IMG/VR virus record: IMGVR_UViG_649989947_000012
Span: 1-39,670 of that record
From: a virus
Lineage: Duplodnaviria; Heunggongvirae; Uroviricota; Caudoviricetes
DNA: 39,670 nt
Strand: one strand, 5' to 3'
Below, in pieces: positions 7,113 through 18,495 of this stretch. Below the pieces are notes generated by a model, which saw only the letters and a list, made by a program, of their open reading frames with translations, was not told the DNA's origin and did not search any database. Made by a program: the position numbers and the translations under genes. The first letter of the stretch is position 1. The number at the start of each line of letters is the position of its first letter.

Positions 7113-10089
7113 TATTTAGCTCCTTTGCCACACCTAATAACAGTTCCAGCAATCCGTCACCATTCATCAGTGATGCGGCAGCGGCCTCTTTGTCATGATA
7201 CAACTGAAGAGCCATAGAGAATACTTCCGTTGCTGACGTTTTGGAAATAGTCGGTGATTTCTGCCGAATTTTCCCGGTGTTACTTACTGAGGCTGGCGGG
7301 TATACCTTCGCCATATAAATATTACTCAATCGAGATCTGAAGCACCATTCAGGCTTGCCACGCCCACCGATATTGACGAAAGATGGCTTATCCCCTTCAA
7401 CATTGGCCTTCAGGAATGACCGGGCTTTCTCTAACAAACCAGGGTTACTGTACTCAAGATGATGACCCAGCTCGTGCCACAGTGCACTTGCATTTTCATC
7501 GTTCAAATTGACAGCAACAACACCATTTAGATTTGCATATGCCCTTCCCTGGTGGTGAACTACCTTTGATAAGGTCGATATTTTCCCGCCGGTCAGGCGA
7601 TAAATATCAGCAAGTTCCTTGCGCAGGTCTATCCCACCATTCTGTCCAGCGCGGGCTTCTTCCACTTCTTCTGTGATAAAAGAGTCGGCCCACTCAAGAG
7701 CTTTTTCTTCAGATACGGATGAGTTTGCGATCGCACTGTTCATGGCAGATAACACTTTCTCGTGGACCGAACCCATACTTCGCTGATTCATTTGCCAGCG
7801 TGTCTGCGGGTTATATGAGAATCGCTTAAGTAGTTGGTCAAGCTGCTCAAGTTCTTCTTCACTGACATACTTTTTAGCCTCACCAATAATGCCAGGGAGA
7901 ATATTGCCGTTAGGATTAAACGCTCGCGAAAGGAAGAGTTTCAGCGCCCCCATGCCCTCCGATGCTTCAATATCACCAATAACCCGGTTAACAATGGCCG
8001 CACTCTTCGGATTAGCATCCGCCAACGCTCTGGCTACAATTTGCAGGGACGATACGACCTCACGCTGCATATCCGTCCTGATCTCATCAATAAACTCTGG
8101 CGTTATGCCGTGCTCTTTAAGGATATCCCTGCCTTCCGCCGTTACCCCATCGATATCTCCGACATGTTTATTAACCCGACTTTGCAATGCCTTAAATGCC
8201 TTCAGAATTCCACGGGAATCATCCGCTTTACTAACGGCCTTCCTGAATGCTGGCAAGAAGTCTGAGTTAACCTCATTTTGTTGATCGGCCCACTGAATGG
8301 AGGCTTCTTTCATCTCGTCCAGAGTCAGATCACCCAACGCGGTATGGTCTGTGAATATGAGCGACAACCTCTGAACCATTTCTGCCAATGGTGATGCCGA
8401 ATGCGCCGCGCTAAGGAATGCTTTCACCCTGGTTGGGCGAATGGAAAACCAGTCAATAGCTGGTGGCATATCTCCGTTTTGTATCGCCTGCGCTATCTCA
8501 TCAAAGCCGTCGCGCCCAAGGGAGGATGCGTGATTTAACAATCCGCGAAGTAACGAATTGCTGATACCGAATAATCGGCACCATTTATTCACGTCGGCAA
8601 CAGGCATTCGAACAAAATGCGCAAGCACTTGTACAAGCTGTTCATCCTGGGGATCTGTGCGGGAAAGCAGCCTGATCAGATGAATAATGTCTTTGATGCC
8701 GGATGCCCGATGTAATAGCAAACTGGTATATGGAGCAACACCGTTGTAACTACCGCCGGAAACGGACTCGAAAAGACCGCCGGATATCCCTTGCATGCCT
8801 TCGTTTTCCAGTTCCTGAGACACCTGGCGAAGGATATCCTGTAACGACACATCACCACCGCCAAACATATCCCCCAGCGCCTGGCCCTGGTGCTGTAACT
8901 CATCATTGATACGTTGAGCCATCAATTTAAAGGCGGTGGCCATACGCTTCGCGCTACGGTTATTCGCGACGATGAACAACGCGAGAGCTTTCACTTCCGG
9001 GGCTGTTTCGCTGAACATATCCCCCTGAGCAATAACATCGGTAATATGTTGGCCTGACTCCTTCGATTGCCTTACCAGGTCTACCGCATCTTTCAATGCC
9101 GCCAGCGCCTTTTTATCGAGGCTATCCGCTGTTTCAATGCCATCAACGATGGTTGTCACAGCCTGCTTGTGCGCTTCTCCTGATAAAGCCTGCATCTGGA
9201 CAAAATCATTGGCTGCCGCATTAAGCGCCGTCAGAACATTACGCATATCCGGATCAGGTTCTTCTGCAACCATCCTTACCAGGCGCGCATCCTTATATGC
9301 CTTGGCAAAGATCGCGTTTTGTATACGGTCTACAAGTTGCCGTGTTGGTCGCCCATCTTCAGTTACAAGGCCAGCCGCCTGTGTGGCACCAACTTGCGTC
9401 ATAAATCCGCGAATAAACGCGTCATTACTGCGGCTAAGCAGATCTCCACTTTCTGACGGGTTAAACAACGCCATCATCGCCGGTGTTATGCTGTCGGCAT
9501 CAACAAAAGCCTTTTCACTGGCTGCCATTTCCTGGAGATCAGAAATATTTGAGTCCTTGGCAAACTGAACACGGTCAACCTTCGTTAACCGGCGGCGCAC
9601 CAGTACCGGAGCCGTCATTGATTCAACCTTTTCAGGCCGTATGCCGAATTCGGTCGCATGTTCAATCAGGTACTCCCGATACCGATCCGCATTACCGTCC
9701 TGATAGGCTTTAATGATCCCCATGGTCCGCCCATTACCTGACTCAACGGCATTGTCCTCACCAATTATTGGCGCACCATGGCTGGATAAACCGGAATCAG
9801 TAAGCTGAGCTGGCCGCAAATCTTTGGATATCTGGTTAACCTGAAGAAGGCTGGATGCGCGGGTCCGGTCGCGCGGCTGAAGTTCCTGGGGATAGTCAGG
9901 ATTAATTTTCCCATCCAGAGTATTGGATACCAAAAGAGCTGAGGCATCGACGATATCAAACGCTGTTTTTACCTCGTCTCCCTTCGCTGTCACCACATAC
10001 GAAACCCGCCCATAATCGGGCAGGTTCTTTAGCAGCTCGATCAGCGTTTCTATGCTGGTGGCCATTACCACCTGATCGCTTAAGCTCAT
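7102..10089 (-). CDS. ddrB: large Dar-operon protein, DdrB-like (995 aa)
   Basis: Size and position after DarA-like and DdrA-like genes fit the P1 darA operon (from memory); carries an HExxH motif (ALWHELGHHLEY) near the C-terminus. Confidence 0.5.
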   Translation of the reverse strand: MSLSDQVVMATSIETLIELLKNLPDYGRVSYVVTAKGDEVKTAFDIVDASALLVSNTLDGKINPDYPQELQPRDRTRASSLLQVNQISKDLRPAQLTDSGLSSHGAPIIGEDNAVESGNGRTMGIIKAYQDGNADRYREYLIEHATEFGIRPEKVESMTAPVLVRRRLTKVDRVQFAKDSNISDLQEMAASEKAFVDADSITPAMMALFNPSESGDLLSRSNDAFIRGFMTQVGATQAAGLVTEDGRPTRQLVDRIQNAIFAKAYKDARLVRMVAEEPDPDMRNVLTALNAAANDFVQMQALSGEAHKQAVTTIVDGIETADSLDKKALAALKDAVDLVRQSKESGQHITDVIAQGDMFSETAPEVKALALFIVANNRSAKRMATAFKLMAQRINDELQHQGQALGDMFGGGDVSLQDILRQVSQELENEGMQGISGGLFESVSGGSYNGVAPYTSLLLHRASGIKDIIHLIRLLSRTDPQDEQLVQVLAHFVRMPVADVNKWCRLFGISNSLLRGLLNHASSLGRDGFDEIAQAIQNGDMPPAIDWFSIRPTRVKAFLSAAHSASPLAEMVQRLSLIFTDHTALGDLTLDEMKEASIQWADQQNEVNSDFLPAFRKAVSKADDSRGILKAFKALQSRVNKHVGDIDGVTAEGRDILKEHGITPEFIDEIRTDMQREVVSSLQIVARALADANPKSAAIVNRVIGDIEASEGMGALKLFLSRAFNPNGNILPGIIGEAKKYVSEEELEQLDQLLKRFSYNPQTRWQMNQRSMGSVHEKVLSAMNSAIANSSVSEEKALEWADSFITEEVEEARAGQNGGIDLRKELADIYRLTGGKISTLSKVVHHQGRAYANLNGVVAVNLNDENASALWHELGHHLEYSNPGLLEKARSFLKANVEGDKPSFVNIGGRGKPEWCFRSRLSNIYMAKVYPPASVSNTGKIRQKSPTISKTSATEVFSMALQLYHDKEAAAASLMNGDGLLELLLGVAKELNNAD

Positions 10090-10101
10090 CCCTGTTACGC
10101 C

Positions 10102-10467
10102 TTATGCTGCCTCTTTAATGTTGGCGGCTATCCATGCCGCAGTGTGCTGTTTAACCTGGTCCAGGTCGATGTATGTGCCAACATATTGACTCAAATCCTG
10201 CAAGGTACCGATAAATGCATCGGTGCTCTGATCGACGAATTTATCAGCCAGGAAATCAGCAACCAGTTTTGGCACACCATCATGTTCCGAAGGTTGTTTT
10301 TCCTCGCCACTACCACCGCCGGACGCGCCGTACCCCATCTGTTGCATGATCTGGTCAATTTCATCGCTGATATCCAGCAACTCCATGCCACTCGCGGTCG
10401 CCGCTTTGGACATCAGAGCATCCAACTTATCGCTGAGATCCATTAACTCAATAGCTGATAGTGTCAT
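10102..10467 (-). CDS. ddrA: DdrA-like small protein (121 aa)
   Basis: Assigned by position between DarA-like and DdrB-like genes; start overlaps the upstream stop. Confidence 0.4.
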   Translation of the reverse strand: MTLSAIELMDLSDKLDALMSKAATASGMELLDISDEIDQIMQQMGYGASGGGSGEEKQPSEHDGVPKLVADFLADKFVDQSTDAFIGTLQDLSQYVGTYIDLDQVKQHTAAWIAANIKEAA

Positions 10468-12383
10468 ACCGCTACCCCCGCTTTCTGGATTGCTACCAAC
10501 AGATCAGCCAGGTGGCGAGCTGCGCCGTTAACCAGCTCTTCGTTTTCCTCAAAACGTCCGGCAGCCTGAAGGGCTGCAATCGCTTCCCGGACATTGCCCC
10601 GGGCGTTACGGATCTCCGCCATGTCAGTGCTTTGTATATCCATCACGTTATTGAGATATTCAATGGCTTTATTAGCCTCTGCATCTGCTTCGCTAACCGT
10701 TTCATCAGGCTGTGCCGGGGCCGGTTCTGGCTGAGTAATCTCACCGACTTCGGCCTGCAATGCATTGATCATGCTCTGCACCATTTTCTCGGTGCCAGCG
10801 CCACCCGGAAACGCAATATTGGGGAAAGTTTTTTGAAACTGAGTTTTCAGCATTACGCGGAACTCGTCTGGTGAGCTGGTGGCCTGCTCCAGAGCTTTTT
10901 GTGCATATTTGCCAAATGGACCATTAGTAAGTGTCTTCGCCAGGAAGTCGAAAGAATCCTCGCGAGGCAATAACTTCAGGTCGTACTCGCTCATTTGCTG
11001 ATCAGAAAGCGGGGTATCGTAAGTAGCAATGCCGTAGCGTGCATATTCATAATACGGGTCACCTTCATCAGGGCGTGGCAGAATTGCTTTGTTACCTTCA
11101 GGTATTGCGCCAGGGGCCGCCGGACGCATTTGCAGGGCATATCGATATGCACCTATAGAGACTTCTGGTTCAGGCGAAGAGCTACCGGTATCCTCCGCTG
11201 GTTCAGGTTCGACGTTTTCCGGTTTATGTTCTTCTGGTTGGACCAGGTATTCCGATACATTACCCGCTTTATAGGCTTTAAACAGCTTGCCGATCGCATC
11301 TGCCATGTCCACACCCTGTATGGATTTAGCCTTGATCATGTACACGCTGCCATCCGAATCGGTTAACTGGATATACCCTTCACCGTCCTCAATGAATTGC
11401 TTCATTGATGCACCATTACTGAGCGTCACTTCCCCGTTCATATGCATACGATTTTTGATACTTGCAAGGCGATCCGTCATCGCGCGAGAGTGTCCACCTG
11501 TCATCCCCGCAGGAGCAATGGTTTCGCGCCCACCAGTGCGATTGAGCTGATCAATCTCCGTCTGCAAACGCTCATTCTCTTCATAAAGAGAATCCGCTTC
11601 CGATGCAACAGCGTTAATTTTCTGCTCCAGATCTACCTTCTGCCCTTCTACCGCTGCCACCTGATCCGCGAGGTCGCTCATGGCATCCTCTTTCTGGTCA
11701 CTGTCAGCCTGTAGTTGGGTTATTTCATCAACCAGGGCTTTTTTCTTCTTCTGCGCACGCTGGAATTTTGCCGAGTTTTTCTCTGCAAGGTTGGCAAGTT
11801 TCATGGTGACCTGCGCCAGCGTCATATCACGTCCACTCATCGGAGCAACGGTGTGAGTAACGTCTTTTTTATTCAGTAAGAACTGGAAAGCAACCAGCGT
11901 ATCGCTATTGGTGATCCGGTTTTCCGCTGTCGGGCTATGAAACAGAATGCTGATAGTCTGACCATCACTGAGCGGAATAATGGCTGGCAGGACCGGCAGC
12001 CCGTTAACGTTACGTGCCCGGCCAATTTCAGCGCCGCCGATCGCGCGCGCGCCGCTCTGGGCCACATCCCCCGTTTTATCACTCCCCGCAGAGATTCCGG
12101 TACCATTCAGCTTCTGGTTCAATGCCCGGACAAATGCCTGCATGGTCCGGTGTAACTGCAAACGAGTAGAACTAATCGCCTCCAGTAAATCCGTAGCACA
12201 CCAGTGGATCGGCGTGTCATAGAAGAACGTAGCCTCGATTTCCTCCAGGGTGTTGGATTCCGTCATCAGATAGCGGTCCTCACCGGCCATTAATGCGCGA
12301 TATTCATCATCAGTCACTGGCGGGGGAAGCACGTCAAGCCCAGGCTTGATCGTCACCCCTTTATTGATATTGAACTGTTCCAT
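10464..12383 (-). CDS. darA: DarA-like antirestriction protein (639 aa)
   Basis: Size and operon position; central coiled-coil region; shares a segment (NSAKFQ…) with the upstream 203-aa Hdf-like protein. Confidence 0.5.
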   Translation of the reverse strand: MEQFNINKGVTIKPGLDVLPPPVTDDEYRALMAGEDRYLMTESNTLEEIEATFFYDTPIHWCATDLLEAISSTRLQLHRTMQAFVRALNQKLNGTGISAGSDKTGDVAQSGARAIGGAEIGRARNVNGLPVLPAIIPLSDGQTISILFHSPTAENRITNSDTLVAFQFLLNKKDVTHTVAPMSGRDMTLAQVTMKLANLAEKNSAKFQRAQKKKKALVDEITQLQADSDQKEDAMSDLADQVAAVEGQKVDLEQKINAVASEADSLYEENERLQTEIDQLNRTGGRETIAPAGMTGGHSRAMTDRLASIKNRMHMNGEVTLSNGASMKQFIEDGEGYIQLTDSDGSVYMIKAKSIQGVDMADAIGKLFKAYKAGNVSEYLVQPEEHKPENVEPEPAEDTGSSSPEPEVSIGAYRYALQMRPAAPGAIPEGNKAILPRPDEGDPYYEYARYGIATYDTPLSDQQMSEYDLKLLPREDSFDFLAKTLTNGPFGKYAQKALEQATSSPDEFRVMLKTQFQKTFPNIAFPGGAGTEKMVQSMINALQAEVGEITQPEPAPAQPDETVSEADAEANKAIEYLNNVMDIQSTDMAEIRNARGNVREAIAALQAAGRFEENEELVNGAARHLADLLVAIQKAGVAV

Positions 12384-12384
12384 G

Positions 12385-12996
12385 TTAATTTCCTGCTTTC
12401 AGTTGCTTAAGACGGCGTTTGAGTTCGCCATTTCGGGCCTTTTCGTTATTGAGTCGGCCTGTCTCCTTATCCAGCTTCGCCCGCAAATCAGTGATCTGCT
12501 GTTGATTGAAAGACACCGAGTTCTGCGCTGATTTATAAGCGGCAACCACCTGAGCATTCCGCTGTTTTGCCTCTTGCAGGCGCTGAAAGTTGGATTTTAC
12601 TGCCGGTTTCTTGTCTACCGGATTGGCAACACGTTTCGCTTTGGCGATCAGTGATTTCTGGAATTTTGCGGAGTTTTTGCGGGCCGCTTGCCCCATGACG
12701 GTACCAAGCGTCTTGATATCCGGCGATTGAGCGTTAGGAATAGCTTTTCCATTCAGCCTCACAGACGATATATCGCCAGTATCGTTTACCTGTATGGCAA
12801 GAATTTGTCCGTCGTTAAGAACCAGCTTTGCGGTTTTAACTTTAACGCCATCTTTCGTTGTTGCGCGGTTGCTGGAGTCAACCTCAATTACCGTAACACT
12901 GGTTTTATTGATCGCCGCGATAAGGGATTTCAGCCCCTTTTCATTAACCTGGTCAAAATCGACCGTTGCATACTTATTTTTCGTCATCTGACACAT
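12385..12996 (-). CDS. hdf: Hdf-like protein, paralogous to part of DarA (203 aa)
   Basis: Visible similarity to the DarA-like protein (ARKNSAKFQKSLIAKAK versus AEKNSAKFQRAQKKKK) and basic coiled-coil C-terminus. Confidence 0.5.
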   Translation of the reverse strand: MCQMTKNKYATVDFDQVNEKGLKSLIAAINKTSVTVIEVDSSNRATTKDGVKVKTAKLVLNDGQILAIQVNDTGDISSVRLNGKAIPNAQSPDIKTLGTVMGQAARKNSAKFQKSLIAKAKRVANPVDKKPAVKSNFQRLQEAKQRNAQVVAAYKSAQNSVSFNQQQITDLRAKLDKETGRLNNEKARNGELKRRLKQLKAGN

Positions 12997-13417
12997 CCTG
13001 TGCGAGATTTATTACGTAACTTCTGCGGATTTGCTGAGTAACAGGGAAAATCCGATACAACGGGTTAATGAACGAGTCGCCATGCGTAACCATGACGTTG
13101 AAATGCCACAGCCGTTCTCCTTTACCCATATATTCAGTGGGTATGTACAACCATTCACTGTTTTCGCCCTGTTCAGCCGACGTCAGACAACGTTGTTCGC
13201 CTTCAATCACTGTCGTCGGCTTCTGAACATCGCGGATCCAATATCTGACCGTTGCGCCGCGCAAAAACGGGAATTTAGACCGGTATTTGAACGGCACCCG
13301 GATGAAACCCGGTTTAATTTCCACATCACCAAGTTCTAAATGCGTGATGTCCTTGCGTTTTAGCAAATAGCGATCGGCTAAGGCTAACGCAAGAACGCAT
13401 ACACCCCAGCCAATCAT
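12974..13417 (-). CDS. lydB: LydB-like protein with N-terminal transmembrane segment (147 aa)
   Basis: Position directly after the holin-like gene with overlapping start and stop; hydrophobic N-terminus MIGWGVCVLALALA. Confidence 0.4.
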   Translation of the reverse strand: MIGWGVCVLALALADRYLLKRKDITHLELGDVEIKPGFIRVPFKYRSKFPFLRGATVRYWIRDVQKPTTVIEGEQRCLTSAEQGENSEWLYIPTEYMGKGERLWHFNVMVTHGDSFINPLYRIFPVTQQIRRSYVINLAQDVSDDEK

Positions 13418-13743
13418 TTCCCGCCTCCCTTTTTCACCAAACTTGTAAGAACATTCAGAATGCTATCGATATTCACTCGTTTCATCCCTGAAATCACCTC
13501 ATGACCGTTATTGCTGGCTATCGTTACCATTAAGTACGTAATTGATAACTCCCAGCCCTCGTGTTGCCCCAATAGGTACGCCACCGCGCCAGCTGTCACT
13601 GCAACAAAGATCTCCGTAACCAATCCCAACAAATTGCCAGACTGGCGACCGTCTCGGACATCCATCAGGAACGTGCCTATCCCACCAATTACTGAAAGCA
13701 GGAGCGCAATAGCAACTGGAGCTAATTCCTGTGTGTCAAGCAC
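13414..13743 (-). CDS. lydA: holin-like membrane protein, LydA-like (109 aa)
   Basis: Hydrophobic segments followed by a charged C-terminus (KRVNIDSILNVLTSLVKKGGGK), typical holin architecture. Confidence 0.5.
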   Translation of the reverse strand: MLDTQELAPVAIALLLSVIGGIGTFLMDVRDGRQSGNLLGLVTEIFVAVTAGAVAYLLGQHEGWELSITYLMVTIASNNGHEVISGMKRVNIDSILNVLTSLVKKGGGK

Positions 13744-13817
13744 AAGTTCCCTCCTACGTTGTCAGGAGGTAATGGTATGCAAAGTAACTTCTCAACCGGT
13801 TATGTTGCATAAGAGAC

Positions 13818-14081
13818 TTACCTATTCAACCGACTTTTGGAACCTTCAATAATAAGCCTGCTATTGGCGCTGAAAATAAGAACCATGCAGCTCTGAAGGC
13901 TTTCATTCATATCCTTATATTCCGCGAGATACATGCCAATAAAGCCAGCAAGTACGGCGGAAATACATTCGGCCAGCAATTTCTTGCATGAAGACTCGTA
14001 ACGGTTTTCACATAGCCCACTCAAATACGAATACACCCCACCAAGAAGGGATAACATCACGATATGTACATAAAATGTCAT
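13818..14081 (-). CDS. small two-transmembrane membrane protein, possibly holin-like (87 aa)
   Basis: Two hydrophobic segments and a charged tail; no closer assignment possible. Confidence 0.3.
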   Translation of the reverse strand: MTFYVHIVMLSLLGGVYSYLSGLCENRYESSCKKLLAECISAVLAGFIGMYLAEYKDMNESLQSCMVLIFSANSRLIIEGSKSRLNR

Positions 14082-14208
14082 TTTTTACCTATACAACAGT
14101 AAGTTGAACAACATCTGAGAACGGTATGCACTTTGTGATTTCCACACACACTGGTTTTGTTAATTAAAACCTGTAGCTTGCAATAAATAACGATAGTGGG
14201 CAGAAAAT

Positions 14209-14384
14209 ATGCTAATAGGCTATGTACGCATATAGACAAATGAACAAAACACAGCTATGCAGTGAAAAGCACTTGAAAGCGCAGGATGTGAGCTAATTTT
14301 TGCGAATAAGGCGAGCAGCAAAAAGGCTGGGCACCCTGGGTTAAAAAAGGTTCTGCGTATGCTTTCCAGAGGTGATACCCTAGT
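14209..14384 (+). pseudogene. relic 5' fragment of a Cin-like invertase gene
   Basis: Reads MLIGYVRI* then, with stops and shifts, TNEQNTAMQ*KALESAGCELIFANKASSKKAGHPGLKKVLRMLSRGDTLV, matching the N-terminal ~55 residues of Cin/Gin-family invertases. Confidence 0.5.
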
Positions 14385-14516
14385 CTCGGGCTAGGGACAA
14401 CATTTCGAGGACAGTTTTCATTAGCGGTCAGCAGGCGCTAGATACATCGAATTGATGTGCCGCGCGATAAATGTACCTATTCTATCAAGATAAATTACAC
14501 CGACGCGGCATTAGAA

Positions 14517-15085
14517 TTACAGCTCAGATTGAGTTTGGCGCTTCTCTACAGGATGATAACGATAAATCGTCGATACACCGATATCGTAAATAATTGCCAA
14601 CTGTTTCCTGCTGTAGCCATTTTCGATCAACCTCGCTATTTGCTCATGTTGTTCTTTTGTCAACTTCGGGCGACGTCCGCCAATGCGTCCCTGTTCGCGT
14701 GCAGCTGCCAGTCCGGCCAGTGTTCTCTCAACAATTAATTCACGTTCCATTTCTGCTAAAGCCCCCATGACGTGAAAAAAGAAACGCCCCATGGGTGTTG
14801 ATGTGTCAATACTGTCTGTCAGACTACGGAAATTAACACCTTTTTCCCGCAATTCCTCAATAAGCGTGATCAGGTGTTTCATACTTCTGCCCAGTCTGTC
14901 CAGCTTCCAGACAACCAGCGTATCTCCTTCTGATAGCGTTCTGATCAGTTTTTTCAATCCCGGTCTGGCTGATTTCGTTCCGCTGATTTTATCTTCAAAA
15001 ATCAGTTCACATCCTGCGCACTCCAGCGCGTTACGCTGCAATTCTGTATTCTGGTCATTTGTTGATACGCGGACATAGCCAATAA
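14517..15085 (-). pseudogene. cin: Cin/Gin/Pin-family serine DNA invertase separated from its start codon by IS100
   Basis: Body encodes IIGYVRVSTNDQ…GRIGGRRPKLT…; the first codons (ATG CTT on the minus strand near 17045-17048) lie on the far side of IS100. The track ORF instead opens at a TTG inside the IS end. Confidence 0.8.
15081..15085. repeat. 5-bp target-site duplication AATAA, left copy of IS100
   Basis: AATAA flanks both IS100 ends (15081-15085 and 17040-17044). Confidence 0.7.
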
Positions 15086-17129
<2,044 letters not shown>

Positions 17130-17468
17130 GCGGCAAAAAAGAATGTGGGGACAGGGACGAATCAGATACCTGATATGGGTAGCTTCACGCTTTCTGTTTC
17201 AGGTACTGGATATCAAAAATTACCATCAGGTTTTATTCTTCAGTGGGGCTCAATCGGCGCACCAGGCATTGCACAGGATGTAGTAACCCATTTCCCGATT
17301 GCATTTCCAAACAGATGTCTGCGTGTTTTGGTTTCACAAGACTACACACCAGATAGCGGGTCTGTTGGTTATATTGCCTGTGCAGGTTTTAGTCCCGACC
17401 CGGTTAAATTTATATCCAGAGCCAGTACTCCTGGCCTCGGCGCTTCATTTTTAGCGTTAGGCTGTTAA
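17130..17468 (+). CDS. alternative tail-fibre C-terminal coding segment (promoterless, silent in this orientation)
   Basis: Opens directly at the crossover site in the frame [17 protein letters not shown]…; would fuse to the constant fibre region after inversion. Confidence 0.6.
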   Translation, partial: AAKKNVGTGTNQIPDMGSFTLSVSGTGYQKLPSGFILQWGSIGAPGIAQDVVTHFPIAFPNRCLRVLVSQDYTPDSGSVGYIACAGFSPDPVKFISRASTPGLGASFLALGC

Positions 17469-17489
17469 TTTAGCTATATGGAGTGAAAA

Positions 17490-17930
17490 ATGAATTACAT
17501 ATATTCCGCGACTACAAACTCTTTCTATCCGCTGGAGATGAAAGAGGATTACACTCAAGCTGACTCATGGACAGATGATGCTGTTGAAGTTGATGAGCAA
17601 GTGTATATTGAGTTTTCCGGATTACCGCCGAAAGGAAAAATCCGTATCGCTGGAGAAAATGGTTTTCCTGCATGGTCTGAAATTCCACCACCAACACATG
17701 AGGAACAGATTGCTGCAGCCGAACTGGAAAAGCAGCAACTGATTAATCAGGCCAACGATTATATGAACAGTAAACAATGGCCTGGTAAAGCGGCTATTGG
17801 CCGGCTGAAAGGTGAGGAACTGGCGCAATATAATTTGTGGCTGGATTATCTGGACGCACTGGAACTGGTCGATACTTCCGGTGCGCCAGATATTGAATGG
17901 CCTACGCCTCCGGCAGTTCAGGCCAGATGA
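17490..17930 (+). CDS. tail-fibre assembly protein, alternative copy (146 aa)
   Basis: Tfa-like C-terminal signature (LAQYNLWLDYLDALELVDTSGAPDIEWPTPP), paired with the alternative fibre segment. Confidence 0.7.
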   Translation: MNYIYSATTNSFYPLEMKEDYTQADSWTDDAVEVDEQVYIEFSGLPPKGKIRIAGENGFPAWSEIPPPTHEEQIAAAELEKQQLINQANDYMNSKQWPGKAAIGRLKGEELAQYNLWLDYLDALELVDTSGAPDIEWPTPPAVQAR

Positions 17931-18495
17931 CGTCCGGCGCTGTGCTGGTATCTGTTGCCGTCACCGCGTCAATGTAATCCAGCACAGTGTTAAGTCGGGT
18001 GTTTTCTGGCTGCGTCAGCTTCCGCTCAGCCTGTAATTTCAGTTGAATCAGACTGATGGAAGCCATTGCAGCATCAATCAGCGACTGGCGCTGTGCTTCT
18101 GCCGCTTCTACTGCGGCGCTATGCTGTGCCTCGGTATCCGTCACCCATTTCTCACCATCCCATTTATCGTATGGCGTTAACGGTGAAAGCGTGACATAAC
18201 CGTCTTTGATGGCACCGATATAATCCACTGTAACAGCTGCGCCATTTTCAGTTGAGTAAACGGTCTCATTGCGATGGTCTTCTTCATGGCTCCATCCCTT
18301 ACCCGTAAATACTGCCACTTTTCCCGGAATGTTTTCGCCCGGGTCAATACCAGTGGAACAGGCGGGTATACTTACGCCAGTATTAATATATTCATCAGAC
18401 CAGTCGGTATATTCATACGTTACTGCATTATAATAAAAACAACGCATATCGCCCGGCACTGTAGCCAGCCCATTTTCATCAAAAACAGGTTTCAT
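17902..18495 (-). CDS. tail-fibre assembly protein, currently expressed copy (197 aa)
   Basis: Tfa-like C-terminus (LNTVLDYIDAVTATDTSTAPDVIWPELPEA); lies immediately after the fibre gene and overlaps the other tfa tail-to-tail. Confidence 0.7.
   Translation of the reverse strand: MKPVFDENGLATVPGDMRCFYYNAVTYEYTDWSDEYINTGVSIPACSTGIDPGENIPGKVAVFTGKGWSHEEDHRNETVYSTENGAAVTVDYIGAIKDGYVTLSPLTPYDKWDGEKWVTDTEAQHSAAVEAAEAQRQSLIDAAMASISLIQLKLQAERKLTQPENTRLNTVLDYIDAVTATDTSTAPDVIWPELPEA

Noticed and set aside
7834-8284. Plus-strand ORFs inside the DdrB-like gene
   Set aside because: Overlap a long, well-supported minus-strand gene; no independent signals.
10995-12222. Several plus-strand ORFs inside the DarA-like gene
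   Set aside because: Shadow frames with no ribosome-binding sites or recognisable domains.
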